Origin: Stegostoma tigrinum
Lineage: Eukaryota
Reading direction: 5' to 3'
NCBI RefSeq assembly: GCF_030684315.1
Contig: NC_081359.1
Location: 35,040,470 to 35,104,469, forward strand
DNA: 64,000 bases
Below the pieces are notes generated by a model. That model was not told the origin of the DNA and did no database searches. It worked only from the letters and a program-made list of their open reading frames with translations. The position numbers and the translations under genes were made by a program. Shown one piece after another: positions 12,282-23,271 of this stretch (the stretch's first letter is position 1; each line of letters opens with the position of its first letter).

Positions 12282-13519
12282 ACACGAAGTTTGTCTTTGT
12301 CTTTGACTCTCATCCTATTATTTGCCTGTGACCTTTGAACTTCTCTACAATAACCCTCGAGTTGTATTCTCCCCGCTGTGGTCAAAATTGAACCTTTCAA
12401 CCTAGTCACTCATCTACAACACATGAAGCAGAAAGTTTCATTTATGGAGGTTTCCAGCTTGCTCTGTACAAAAGTTGGACTCAAAAATAAATGAAAGTTT
12501 ATTACAAAATCAAAAAACTGTCAAAACTTATTAAAGAATTCCTGAAGAACTATCAAACATATTCCAATTGCTAATCCCAACCAAAGGATTTAGCTCTGCT
12601 GGGCTCTAAATTTTTCAAAAGTGTAGATTTCAGTAGAAAAATCAATAATTTCTTTTTCATTTTGTTCTAATGTGCCAGAGAACTATCAGTAAGCATTTAT
12701 GCCACATGATTATGTGAAATCAAACATTATCAATCTGATGCTTGGAAATTGAAGAGGTTAATTGACAAATTGAAGTGGTCAGATAGTAGGAATATTTATT
12801 TTTATAAGACATTAAGTACTTAAGTGAAATTTTTGTTTGCATCAAAGACCAGATGAAAGAATTTCAGTAGATCAAATAGTCATTTTATGTAAACATCACT
12901 CAAGAATAAATAATTACAGGACAGCCATCATGACCAGTTTGGTGTCAACCAGTTGATGAACAGGAGTAGTGGAGTGGTTTGGAGCAAGAGGTGGTTAAGA
13001 GATACAATGCCTTTCTGTCCTGGCAATTACATTCCAATTTGAGGCAAGGAAAATCCCAATCATCAAGAGTCATTTACTTCACCTTCCCTCTGTGAGTTAC
13101 TTGCCTTTTCATAAAATCAACGGACATTCTTTCTTTTTTGTTAAACTTCTTCATGACTGTTTAGTTAGGTGGTAGATCTTTGGAAATTGAAAGGAGAAGG
13201 CCACAAAAGGTGAGCGATGGTTGGGAGGAAATCAAGGTGCATTTTATCTCCTTCAGAATTAGGTTCTGGGTAGGGAGGTGAAAAGTTGACAGCTACATTC
13301 TGGCATCAAATTAAACCTCTTAGTTATCAATTATGGACCCCTTGAGGGTATTGTTTGGGTGGTACTGGGGTTGCTCGCCTCAAAGCAGCCTTGTGGCCAT
13401 GTCACATTCATGGAAGCTACTCCCTGCAAGCAGCTTATTGCCTTGGCTTGTTGGGGGGGAAGGTTGCTCAATTAAATGCAATGCCTTAATGAAGGCTGGA
13501 CATTGAAGATGGCTGCCCA

Positions 13520-13930
13520 CTGAGAATCATTTCCTTGTTCCCTTCTCCATATGACTTGCAATCTGAAAAACTCCTTTTGAAACATTGTTGTACCTGTATA
13601 TTGACTTTTTCTGATCCATGTACAAGGACACTCAGATTCCTCTGTGCTGTAGTATTATGTAACGTTCTCCAACTAAATAATGATTTTTCTTCATTTATTC
13701 TTCCTGTCAAAGTGGACAAGGGGCTCACATCTTCCACATTATACTTCATTTGACAAAATCCTTGCACACTAGCATAACCTATTTATGTCCCTTAGCAAAG
13801 TTCTCATGACTTTTCACAACTTACTATGCTACCTATCTTTGGACCAGCAACAAATTAATTTTCCTACCATGAATCCATTTCCCTCACCCATGATAGATTT
13901 AAAATAATGGAGGTCTCAACATCATCTCAG
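13520..13930 (-). mobile_element. CR1 LINE ORF2 fragment, old
   Basis: ORF 13486-13767 (QMKYNVE...AQRNLSVLVHGSEKVNIQVQQ) resembles the CR1 RT C-terminal region at 37263-37469. Confidence 0.7.
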
Positions 13931-16379
13931 GTAGCAAACCACTCAGTGCATCTTACTAATGTAAAATAAAAATGTCCGATGTGGCCTCCAGTATTCCGTT
14001 TAATTTCCTTCCCAGCTGACACAGACCTCCAAGGCTCACACACAGCAGCGACTGGAAACCAATGCCGTTATTTTTGTGTTGACACCAATTGTTGTGCAAA
14101 CCAAGCAGCTTACAGAATACTTTGGTGGCTGCCAAGCTTAAATATTTGTCAGTGTGTGCATGCTGTGGATGTGAAGCTCGGGTCTTGCAAAGGTGTAAAG
14201 GTGAGATGAAATAATGATTGATGGTTATAAACAGGCAGTTGGGAGAAATTGATAAAAACTGGTTCTGGTATACTGAGTGTTATTTGAGGTTACAGGTGTA
14301 GTTGGTGAGATCTGGCATTCAAAGGTGCATTCATTTAATTTGATCACTCAGTTGAAACCACTGAACCTTTTCTGGCATGCATGTAGGTCCTCAGAACTTG
14401 ACCTTTAGTATTGACTGTCATGACTATCTGTAACCGTTGCTATCACCATATTTCCTTTGAAGGCTTTCTGGTCCATGGGTAGATTTCATCTTTCCTCCTT
14501 TCACAGTCTCTTTAACTATCATCCAATGTAGAATTGGAGAATCTTGGAGGGTGCTTGCTCCCTACCACATCATTATTCACCTTTAGTTGGCTTAGAATTT
14601 CTTCCACCAACAGTTCCAGCCAGTATTTGCCGCAGAAACACACCACCCGGTCAGAGGCTAGCTTTAAATGGTACTAGCCTTAAGAAACCTGGTACTATTG
14701 CTCAAGTGTACAGCTGCTTAATAACATTGCTAATGTAGGCTGCACACTACAAACATTCAAATCAACAGATAGTAAGAAGTTGATGTACTTCTAAATGGGA
14801 ACTAACAAAAAAAGGACTCATTGTGCATTGCAATCCCTGTTCCTGTTTGAGGGCACCCTGAAAATGAAATACACTTGAATTTTATTGCATTACATCCTAG
14901 CTTGGAAAGTTCTGCAATTAAGTCATAAACAATGACAACTCAGCTGAAAGGTAGGAGTTCTGCATGACACAAATGTTTTAGCATTTATTAATATTGAAAA
15001 TATATTTTCAGCTGTTACCAAAGCTGTGAAGGAAAAGAATGCAAAAGAAATTTTAAAAAATTGCAATGTGGAGGTGCAAATTAATCCTGTGATAAATGAC
15101 AGATGTTTGATCACTTAATCTCACTGTTCAGTTGCTGGTCAATTGGTCACACCACCGTCAGTGTTGGATGAGAGCAAGATGAAATCCCTTAACACCTCAG
15201 TGTATCTTATCCACAGGTTATCAATAATCATGCTTTGTTAATGATGGCAGTCAGAATTAATTATTGCTGGCAAGCCTTGAAGCTGGCTGCAATATTTTGC
15301 ATACCCTAGTAATACTGTATCCTCATGAAGCAGCAGCCTTCTTTCCATGAGGACAGTCAGAAAGAGGCAGTGCCTGACAACTTGTCTTTTCTCCAGGTTT
15401 TTGCTGCCACTGTTCATCTTTCGTCTTAATTCGGATCCCTGGCTTCCAGTCTTCAGCTCTGGCCTCCTATCACCCCAGTCATATTCTGACTCAGTTTTGA
15501 ATCTTTCCTTGTCCTCTTATGACCTCTGGTTTTCCATCTGCCTCCTTTTACCCTCTTCTCTAACAACTCTTGGATCAGCTTAACAATACTTTGTCCTTTC
15601 CCAAACACAATGCATATACCCAACACTCTTCAGAATCATGTCTTAGTTTACATTGTCTGAATAAATTAGTCACAAATTTGACTTACTGTGAACGAGACCT
15701 GTCTGTGGCCTCATATATTCACCAACATGATCTAATGCTCTTCAACACAACTAATCTGGATCTTTATAAAGTGAAAGATGTTAAGTATTTTTCAGATAAA
15801 ATTGAATGACTGATCCAGGAATACTTATGGGTGCGAGGAGCCTCAGGCAATCAGAGATGATTTTCATGGAGACAAGGAGACTCCATGGAGGTGAAAAAGC
15901 ATTGGAAATGTCTTTATGTTCTAGCCTAGGACCTTAAACATCAATTTGACTGTAAAGAAAATTGCACCCAAGATAAAGCTCTTGTCCTGCAATTTGTCAA
16001 TTGTACAATGTTATTTACACAAGAGAAAGATGTTTCAAGTGCTTGCAGTTTCTGTTAATCATACTTTAAGGGCATCTGAATGATTAGCCTTCTTTAGGCC
16101 TGTATTAAGATAAAATGTCATTTTAAAGAAAGGGTGAAATTATGAAATAATTATTTTGTCTTTTAAAGATTTTCACACGTCCCGTCATTACCATAGAGTT
16201 CATTAGTTCTATACAGAGCCTATGGTGGGTGAATTAACATGGAACATGCCTTAATATGTTATGGAGTGCATGAGTAGCTCAGCTGAGCCAATAATTTCCC
16301 AAGGCCATGAACCACCTGCAAGATCCTGCTCTCTTTGATGCAAGTTCCTGGACTTACACCTAACAACTCATAGGCAAAC

Positions 16380-16770
16380 ATTTTAGCACAGCTCTAACAA
16401 CCTCAAGATGTCTGGCAAGATTCATACAACTTAATTGCTTCTGAAACATTGTCAACTGTTGTACTGCAAGAAATGTGATAGTGAATTTGCACAGTTCAAA
16501 GTTACATAAATAGTGATGGACTGTTAATTTGTTTTAGGGATGTTGTTTTGAGTTATGAATGTTAATCAGTACACTGGGCAAAATTCCCTGTTCTACTGTA
16601 GGATCGTGGCAGAAAACCTTCTGCACCTTCTTGAGAGACCAATGTGATGTTAATGCTTCAGCAATAAGCAAACCCAGCAATACAATACTCCATTCAATTT
16701 CTGGACTGACTTGAAGCCTTAATGTTTTGACTCCTAGGCAGGGATGCTGCAATTGGACCACAACTGGCAT
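16380..16770 (-). mobile_element. Highly decayed tRNA-headed SINE, probably DeuSINE-like
   Basis: Scattered blocks (gtgaatttgcacag, atgttgttttgag, acactgggcaaaattccctgttct, gacttgaagcc...gactcctaggcagggatgctgc) recalled as similar to the Deu-core SINE layout; not aligned. Confidence 0.45.
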
Positions 16771-16869
16771 TGCTTCAACCACTTCTAATAAAATACCAAT
16801 AGAGAGCAATACTAATTCAATCAACCACATTTTTAAGAGTTTCAGTTACAACAATTAAAAGTCTAGTAG

Positions 16870-17112
16870 GCACCCTGGTGTGGCCCTCCCCCTAGAAGAC
16901 AAAGACGCAAGTTCAAGTCCCAACTGCTAATGGTCTGCAGTAACATCTCTGAACGGGTTGATGAGAAAAGTAGGTTAAATTAAAAATATAGCAGAACTAG
17001 GGGCCCTTTTGTGGTACAGTGGCAGTGTCCCTACCCCTGAACGAGGAGACCAAGTTTCAAATCCCACCTGCTCTCGAGGTGTATAATAACACCTCCAAAT
17101 GATTGATCAGGA
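16870..17112 (+). mobile_element. Two adjacent ~100 bp tRNA-like short repeats
   Basis: Each has a B-box-like motif (gttcaagtccca; gtttcaaatccca) followed by a similar ctgct...taacatctc/taacacctc...ttgat segment. An A-box-like tggtacagtgg is at ~17012. Confidence 0.55.
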
Positions 17113-17394
17113 ATAAAAATGATTAAGTAACAAAGAAAATTAAACATCCAGTAGTATAGGAGAGTATAATAACCCTGGTAATTAAAATAATTATGATGCC
17201 AGACTGGCATTTCCATGAATAATTAAGGTTTAAAGTCCCACAGAGAAACTTAATTTGAAAATAGTTTTTTTAAAAGAACCGAGGATAAGTGCTGGTGCAA
17301 ACAAAGCTGTCAGTTCACTCCTCCTGCTCCTGTAGATTAAAATACTCGTTCAAGGCTCTACGCTAGCCAAGTTATTCATACATTCTTTTTCATA

Positions 17395-18097
17395 ATTCTT
17401 TCACAAGTTGTAGGTGTTACTGGCTAGGCCAAGCATTTGGTAATCACCTTTAAATGCCCCTGAACTTTGAGACTATTCCTATGCTCAGCTAAGAGCCAAT
17501 GTGTAATGGACTGTGCGTTGGAGCAGATCGGGGAAGGTTATTGGACTGGGGTCTGGCGTGGTGGTCAGACTGCCTGTGGAAGCCGCTGTGCTGAGCTACT
17601 GCAATGCCATTTGTTTTTCTGACAGTAATTCTATCCTTTTAACAATGGCAAATTTTTAACTTATACCATGAATCGATGTAATGTAATGCAATTACTTTTC
17701 TTTTTTTTCCTCTTTTTGGACATAGCTACTTTGTCCCTAAGATAGCACCATAAGAGGCAACATTATAAACTTTTCACTCCTGTACTCCTGTACTTGAGTA
17801 CACAGGATAATAAATTATATTCAAATTCTACTTCTAATTCCTAATAAGATTCAAGAACATTGTTGTGGACTTGAAGTTACAGGTGGGTCAGACCAAGCTG
17901 GGATGGCAGTTTCCCAGAACAAAAAGACATTAGGTGGGTTTTATTGGCAAGAAATCGTTTCATGGTTATCACTACAGATTAATTCCAGATACATTAATTG
18001 AATGTAATGATTGCCAGTGGCTATAATGGGAGTTGAACACAAATATTAGTCTGAGCTGTGCACTATAGTTAAATGACTATTAGGCCCCCATCTCCCC
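17395..18097 (-). mobile_element. tRNA-derived SINE (same family as 31032 and 53213), split by a ~350 bp insertion
   Basis: Reverse-complement matches to tail (tggctaggccaagcattt), body (gggtcagacc...ggatggcagtttcc, aattccagat) and head (taggcccccatctcccc). Confidence 0.65.
17505..17850 (+). mobile_element. 3' end of another LINE-like repeat (possibly Rex1/Babar-type) nested in the SINE
   Basis: Ends in cttttcact..gtacttgagtacacaggataataaa plus attc-type microrepeats. Family assignment is from recall only. Confidence 0.35.
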
Positions 18098-18145
18098 CAG
18101 TAGCTCTAAAGTGAGCTCTAAGCTAACTAGCTCTATTTCTCCCCT

Positions 18146-19737
18146 TTGGTCCAGGAACTCCCCACCTACGTCAGTGACACCACCCACGCCCTCCACCTCC
18201 TCCAGGACTTCCAATTCCCTGGCCCCCAACACCTCATTTTCACCATGGACGTCCAGTCCCTATACACCTGCATTCCGCATGCAGATGGCCTCAAGGCCCT
18301 CCGCTTCTTCCTGTACCGCAGGCCCGACCAGTCCCCCTCCACCGACACCCTCATCCGCCTAGCTGAACTCCTCCTCACCCTCAACAACTTCTCTTTTGAT
18401 TCCTCCCACTTCCTACAGACTAAGGGGGTGGCCATGGGCACCCGCATGGGCCCCAGCTATGCCTGCCTCTTTGTAGGTTACGTGGAACAGTCCCTCTTCC
18501 GCTCCTACACAGGCCCCAAACCCCACCTCTTCCTCCGGTACATTGATGACTGTATCGGCGCCGCCTCTTGCTCCCCAGAGGAGCTCGAACAGTTCATCCA
18601 CTTCACCAACACCTTCCACCCCAACCTTCAGTTCACCTGGGCCATCTCCAGCACATCCCTCACCTTTCTGGACCTCTCAGTCTCCATCTCAGGCAACCAG
18701 CTTGTAACTGATGTCCATTTCAAGCCCACCGACTCCCACAGCTACCTAGAATACACCTCCTCCCACCCACCCTCCTGCAAAAATTCCATCCCCTATTCCC
18801 AATTCCTCGGCCTCCGCCGCATCTGCTCCCACGATAAGACATTCCACTCCCGCACATCCCAGATGTCCAAGTTCTTTAAGGACCTCAACTTTCCCCCCAC
18901 AGTGATCGAGAACGCCCTTGACCGCGTCTCCTGTATTTCCCGCAACACATCCCTCACACCCCGACCCCCCCCCCCCACAACCGCCCAGAGAGGATCCCCC
19001 TCATTCTCACACACCACCCTACCAACCTCCGGATACAACGCATCATCCTCCGACACTTCCGCCATTTACAATCCGACCCCACCACCCAAGACATTTTTCC
19101 ATCCCCACCCCTGTCTGCTTTCCGGAGAGACCACTCTCTCCGTGACTCCCTTGTTCGCTCCACACTGCCCTCCAACCCCACCACACCCGGCACCTTCCCC
19201 TACAACCGCAGGAAATGCTACACTTGCCCCCACACCTCCTCCCTCACCCCTATCCCAGGCCCCAAGATGACATTCCACATTAAGCAGAGGTTCACCTGCA
19301 CATCTGCCAATGTGGTATACTGCATCCACTGTACCCGGTGTGGCTTCCTCTACATTGGGGAAACCAAGCGGAGGCTTGGAGACCGCTTTGCAGAATACCT
19401 CCGCTGAGTTCACAACAAACAACTGCAACTCCCAGCCGCAAACCATTTCCATTCCCCCTCCCATTCTCTAGATGACATGTCCATCATGGGCCTCCTGCAG
19501 TGCCACAATGATGCCACCCGAAGGTTGCAGGAACAGCAACTCATATTCCGCCTGGGAACCCTGCAGCCATATGGTATCAATGTGGACTTCACCAGTTTCA
19601 AAATCTCCCCTTCCCCTACTGCATCCCTAAACCAGCCCAGTTCGTCCCCTCCCCCCACTGCACCACACAACCAGCCCAGCTCTTCCCCCCCACCCACTGC
19701 ATCCCAAAACCAGTCCAACCTGTCTCTGCCTCCCTAA
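18146..19737 (+). pseudogene. PLE reverse transcriptase / GIY-YIG endonuclease polyprotein; 5'-truncated, with one frameshift and one stop
   Basis: RT motifs MDVQSLYT, QTKGVAMGTRMGPSYA and YIDD. Frameshift in the poly-C run 18965-18976, linker FP(Y)NRRKCYTC, VVYCIHCTRCGFLYIGET from 19312, premature TGA 19405-19407, true stop TAA 19735-19737. Confidence 0.93.
19618..19734 (+). repeat. 3 x 39-nt in-frame tandem repeat at the PLE ORF end
   Basis: Encodes TASLNQPSSSPPP / TAPHNQPSSSPPP / TASQNQSNLSLPP. Confidence 0.9.
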
Positions 19738-19959
19738 CCGGTTCTTCCTCTGACCCATCCCTTCCTACCACCCCAAGCCGCACCTCCATCTACCTACTAA
19801 CCTCATCCCACCTCCTTGACCTGTCTGTCTTCCCTGGACTGGCCTATCCCCTCCCTACCTCCCCACCTATACTCTCTCCACCTATCTTCTTTTCTCTCCA
19901 TCTTCCGTCCGCCTCCCCCCCCCTCCCTATTTATTCCAGTTCCCTCTCCCCATCCCCCT

Positions 19960-19991
19960 CTCTGATGAAGGGTCTAGGCCCGAAACGTCAG
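19960..19991 (+). ncRNA. Minimal type I hammerhead ribozyme (PLE family A), identical to 291-322
   Basis: CTGATGA 19962-19968, stem II GGGTCTAGGCCC, GAAA 19982-19985, CGTC 19986-19989. Confidence 0.8.
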
Positions 19992-21044
19992 CTTTTGTGC
20001 TCCTGAGATGCTGCTTGGCCTGCTGTGTTCATCCAGCCTCACATTTTATTATCTTGGAATTCTCCAGCATCTGCAGTTCCCATTATCTCTAGCTCTATTA
20101 CTGTATCTGCACTTCTTATTCTCAGAGCCAAACTTGGAGTACTAATTGAATCAGCAATATGTAGGTATAATTCTTGAATCACATAAGCATCATTGGAAAA
20201 ATACTTAAGCAGGAATCCATTTCACAATTGGTCTCCTGCTCAGTAGAAGCAAGCCAAGCTTCAAAGCTGAGGATTATCTACACAGGACACTGAAGCAGCA
20301 GAGGCACTGTGTTTTTACTGCTGCAACTGGGTAGCCATGGGCCATGGGTAATTATTTTGTGTGTGTGTGAGTAATTTCAGGCATTTCTCCATGAAATTGA
20401 ATCCCAACATGAACTGGCTTGTGTTGAGATTATTGCTCATGGCAAGGTAGGTAAATCTAAGACATTGAGATATTAGAGGGAGCTCTTAATGTTGACCATG
20501 AGCGCTGAAAATAATTCTCTTCCTTCAGCCTGGTATTCCTGATTTGCACAAAACAAACAGAAGTGATGCTTTACTTATAACTCTCCTGCAAATGGAAAGC
20601 ATTGGGACTGTGTGAGCAGCAGAGCCAAAACCTGGAGGTTATAATGTCAGGATCGAGCTATAGGATCCCACTCCCATCCCTTCAAATTTAAAACATACAC
20701 ATCAGGCCATTGATAACGCTCCCAGATAAGGTTAACGGAATCATCAACATTTCCAAGTCAAGAGTTGAAGACACTATTGATGCCGCTATTTGAATATAAC
20801 TGGAAGAAAGGGGGAGGCCTGAGTTGATGACTCTCCAGTACATGGCAGGAACACTTGACTCCCAACACTAATTGCTAAAGACTTGTTCTTCAAACATTCC
20901 TTGTTCATCAAGGAGAGCAGAAATGCACCTGCACAACTGGACACCCCTCCTCTCTGCACACATCCCACCCCCCGCCCCGGTCTCATTCATCAGCCCTTCC
21001 CTTTCATTGTAATTCCTTGTTTCAAAACGCTAGTAAAAAGGTAA

Positions 21045-21293
21045 AATCATCATAGGTCTACCAGACCACAGGGCAGCTTTTCATTAAAGAAATGAAATGC
21101 TGGTCTCTGGATTCGCAGTCCAGCGATAATACCACTAGGCCATCACCTCCTTGTAGCCATGCCTCAGGTGAGAGGAGAGGTTGAGAACGACAGTCCTTCA
21201 TAGCCACCTTAGCTGGTACAGGAATTGACCTTACAATGTTGGCAACACCCTGTTAGCCATCCAGCCAACTGAACTATCCAACTGACTTTGAGC
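21045..21293 (-). mobile_element. tRNA-derived SINE of a second family, containing a 47-bp head fragment (21104-21150) of the 31032-type SINE
   Basis: Minus-strand head gatagttcagttggctggatggct and B-box-like ggtcaattcc. The inner piece reverse-complements to ggaggtgatggcctagtggtattatcgctggactgcgaatccagag. Confidence 0.65.
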
Positions 21294-21542
21294 CCTCAAA
21301 CTCCACCCTGATCAACAGCTGATATTATCCCCTATCACACCCTCCGACTTTCCTGTCAATGTTGGGGCTAAAATCTTTATAGCAGCTCACAGCTTGGTAA
21401 AGAATAAAATTAGTATGTGCTTTTCTTTCTAAATTATTGCACTTGCGTATGATTTTGAACATAATTAAAAAAAAACCCAATGAGATTTATTATTTCAGAC
21501 TTCTGTCTCTCGGCACTGCATCACCTATTTGATTTTGTATCA

Positions 21543-21544
<2 letters not shown>

Positions 21545-21590
<46 letters not shown>
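21545..21590. repeat. (AC)23 microsatellite
   Basis: Direct reading. Confidence 0.98.
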
Positions 21591-21592
<2 letters not shown>

Positions 21593-23271
21593 GTCCAACA
21601 TTTTCTGTCCAATTAGAGCTTAACGCCAATGTCCTTCTAGGCATTATTAGGGCAACAGTCATTAAAAAAAGTGCAAAGGCTATTAATTTGGGAAATATGG
21701 CTATTTATACACCATTACTAAAAACTAAAATGTTTTAGTTTGAATATACTTGCTATTTATGTGGATTATAAAACACCTGAACAAGATCAACATAACTTTC
21801 AGAACTGGGTCCTTCACTAAAATACAGAATAGCATGAGAATATGTTAGTTCATGCTGCATGCAAAATACATTTGAGCAAGATGCAAGTAGTAATTTGTGC
21901 CCACGAATGTAAGTCTCAGCAAATGTTGTTTTTTTGCTTTCTTCGTACGCTCATTTGTTTTTCTGATTGAAGAGCGAGGCACTGTTCTGCTCCCAGGTTG
22001 TCAATGCCATCCTTGAGCTGGTTGCTGGCAGGTAATTCAGCCATGAAGATGACTTGGGCTCTATCTGTCTTCACGCGTCATGGGAAGCTATCTATTCCCC
22101 ACTTGCTCATCTCTTGCCAGTGCTCAACAGGCAAGATTTAAAGCATGACATTTGACAGACATAAGCCAATTTTCTCTAAGAGTTACAGACTATTGAGCAA
22201 GCAACACTTTTTTTTCAATCATGGGGCCCTCTGGAAACAATTTTTAATGATTACAATGTTACATTACAAATGCCTCACTAATAGAAGTGATTCTTAACAC
22301 TAAAATGTGCTCTAAAAAGTAAATTTTAACATGGAAAAACGTTTAGATTTATTAATTAGACCAGCTTCACAAATGTGACATTGATGTTGACATGAATTAT
22401 AATATATTTAGTAAGTATTAATTCCACATTTTGTCTGTTTAATACATTCAGTACAAGAATGTTAAGACCAGTATAAATATTAGAAAGATAAAAAGACAAA
22501 AAAAAAATGCAAGAAAGCTTTTTTTTCCCCCAAAGTCAATGATAACAGCACGCAAAATCATTACTTTCTCTTTTGGCTTGACATACAATTTTTAATAATA
22601 ATTTTCACATGTTGTGATGATATTGTTGCATTCAATATCCTGCCCATATGAAATAGTCAACGTCAATGAAGGTAAATCAAGACAGGTTATATAATTCCAG
22701 CTTTAGATTATAATTAACTTCTTGCAAAGCTAAAGTGCTTGCTTTATGACACATGAACCTTTATAAACATATTGAAACCTAAATCTAAATTAATTTGGGA
22801 TATTTTTCATCATGAGTTATGACGCAAGTAATAAGTAAATATGATTTAAAATTCAATCTTCTATTATGTCTCAGTTTCAAAGGATCATTTATGTCTCATC
22901 ATTGGGTTTAAATAACCAATTTCTTGAAATAAAATTATATAGGGAAATGAATAGCTGAAAAATATGACACAGAACTCCAGCCTCTGAATAAAGGGAAATG
23001 TTACATAAGTGTCTTTTCTACAATCTATTTTATCTCATTATCTCAAGTTCTATTTCAATGGCATTTTATTTCAATTTAGTTCAGGTAGGTTTTCCATTTC
23101 TTAGCCTTTCTGCAATTTTAAACTAAATCTGCCAATGAGAAACCTGATGGTATCTAGACTTTGTGCCTCACTCATTGAATCTAATAGGGAGTCCTTTCAG
23201 GTGGAGTATAAAATGGCTTTCTTACTGAGATACTATCTGTTTTCTGCTGGGTGGGTTAGATTAAAATTTCT

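Larger units (their letters stand above)
18138..20088 (+). mobile_element. Young, 5'-truncated Neptune-type PLE (family A) with complete pLTR and tail
   Basis: Perfect 11-bp TSD CTAGCTCTATT at 18127-18137 and 20089-20099; contains RT, Cys-linker, GIY-YIG, C-rich UTR and hammerhead. Confidence 0.96.

Noticed and set aside
15347-15809. Candidate host exon or ORFs in non-repeat DNA (also 57073-57384 and 62655-62760)
   Set aside because: No recognisable protein motif, no paired splice sites with an open frame, and stops in the alternative frames checked.
18965-19270. Pro/Thr-rich C-terminus of the 374-aa ORF, or a programmed frameshift
   Set aside because: It is the wrong frame after an expanded poly-C run. 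The conserved protein continues in another frame, and sister copies lack the run.
19405-19407. In-frame TGA in the PLE endonuclease as possible selenocysteine (as in Naiad PLEs)
   Set aside because: The position is Ser in sister copies (HLRSV at ~11660, RLHSI in ORF 10044-10805), not Cys, so it is an ordinary nonsense mutation.
18166-19718. Several minus-strand ORFs overlapping the PLE (also 10242-10595 and 25069-25695)
   Set aside because: Antisense shadows of C-rich PLE coding sequence with no independent motifs.
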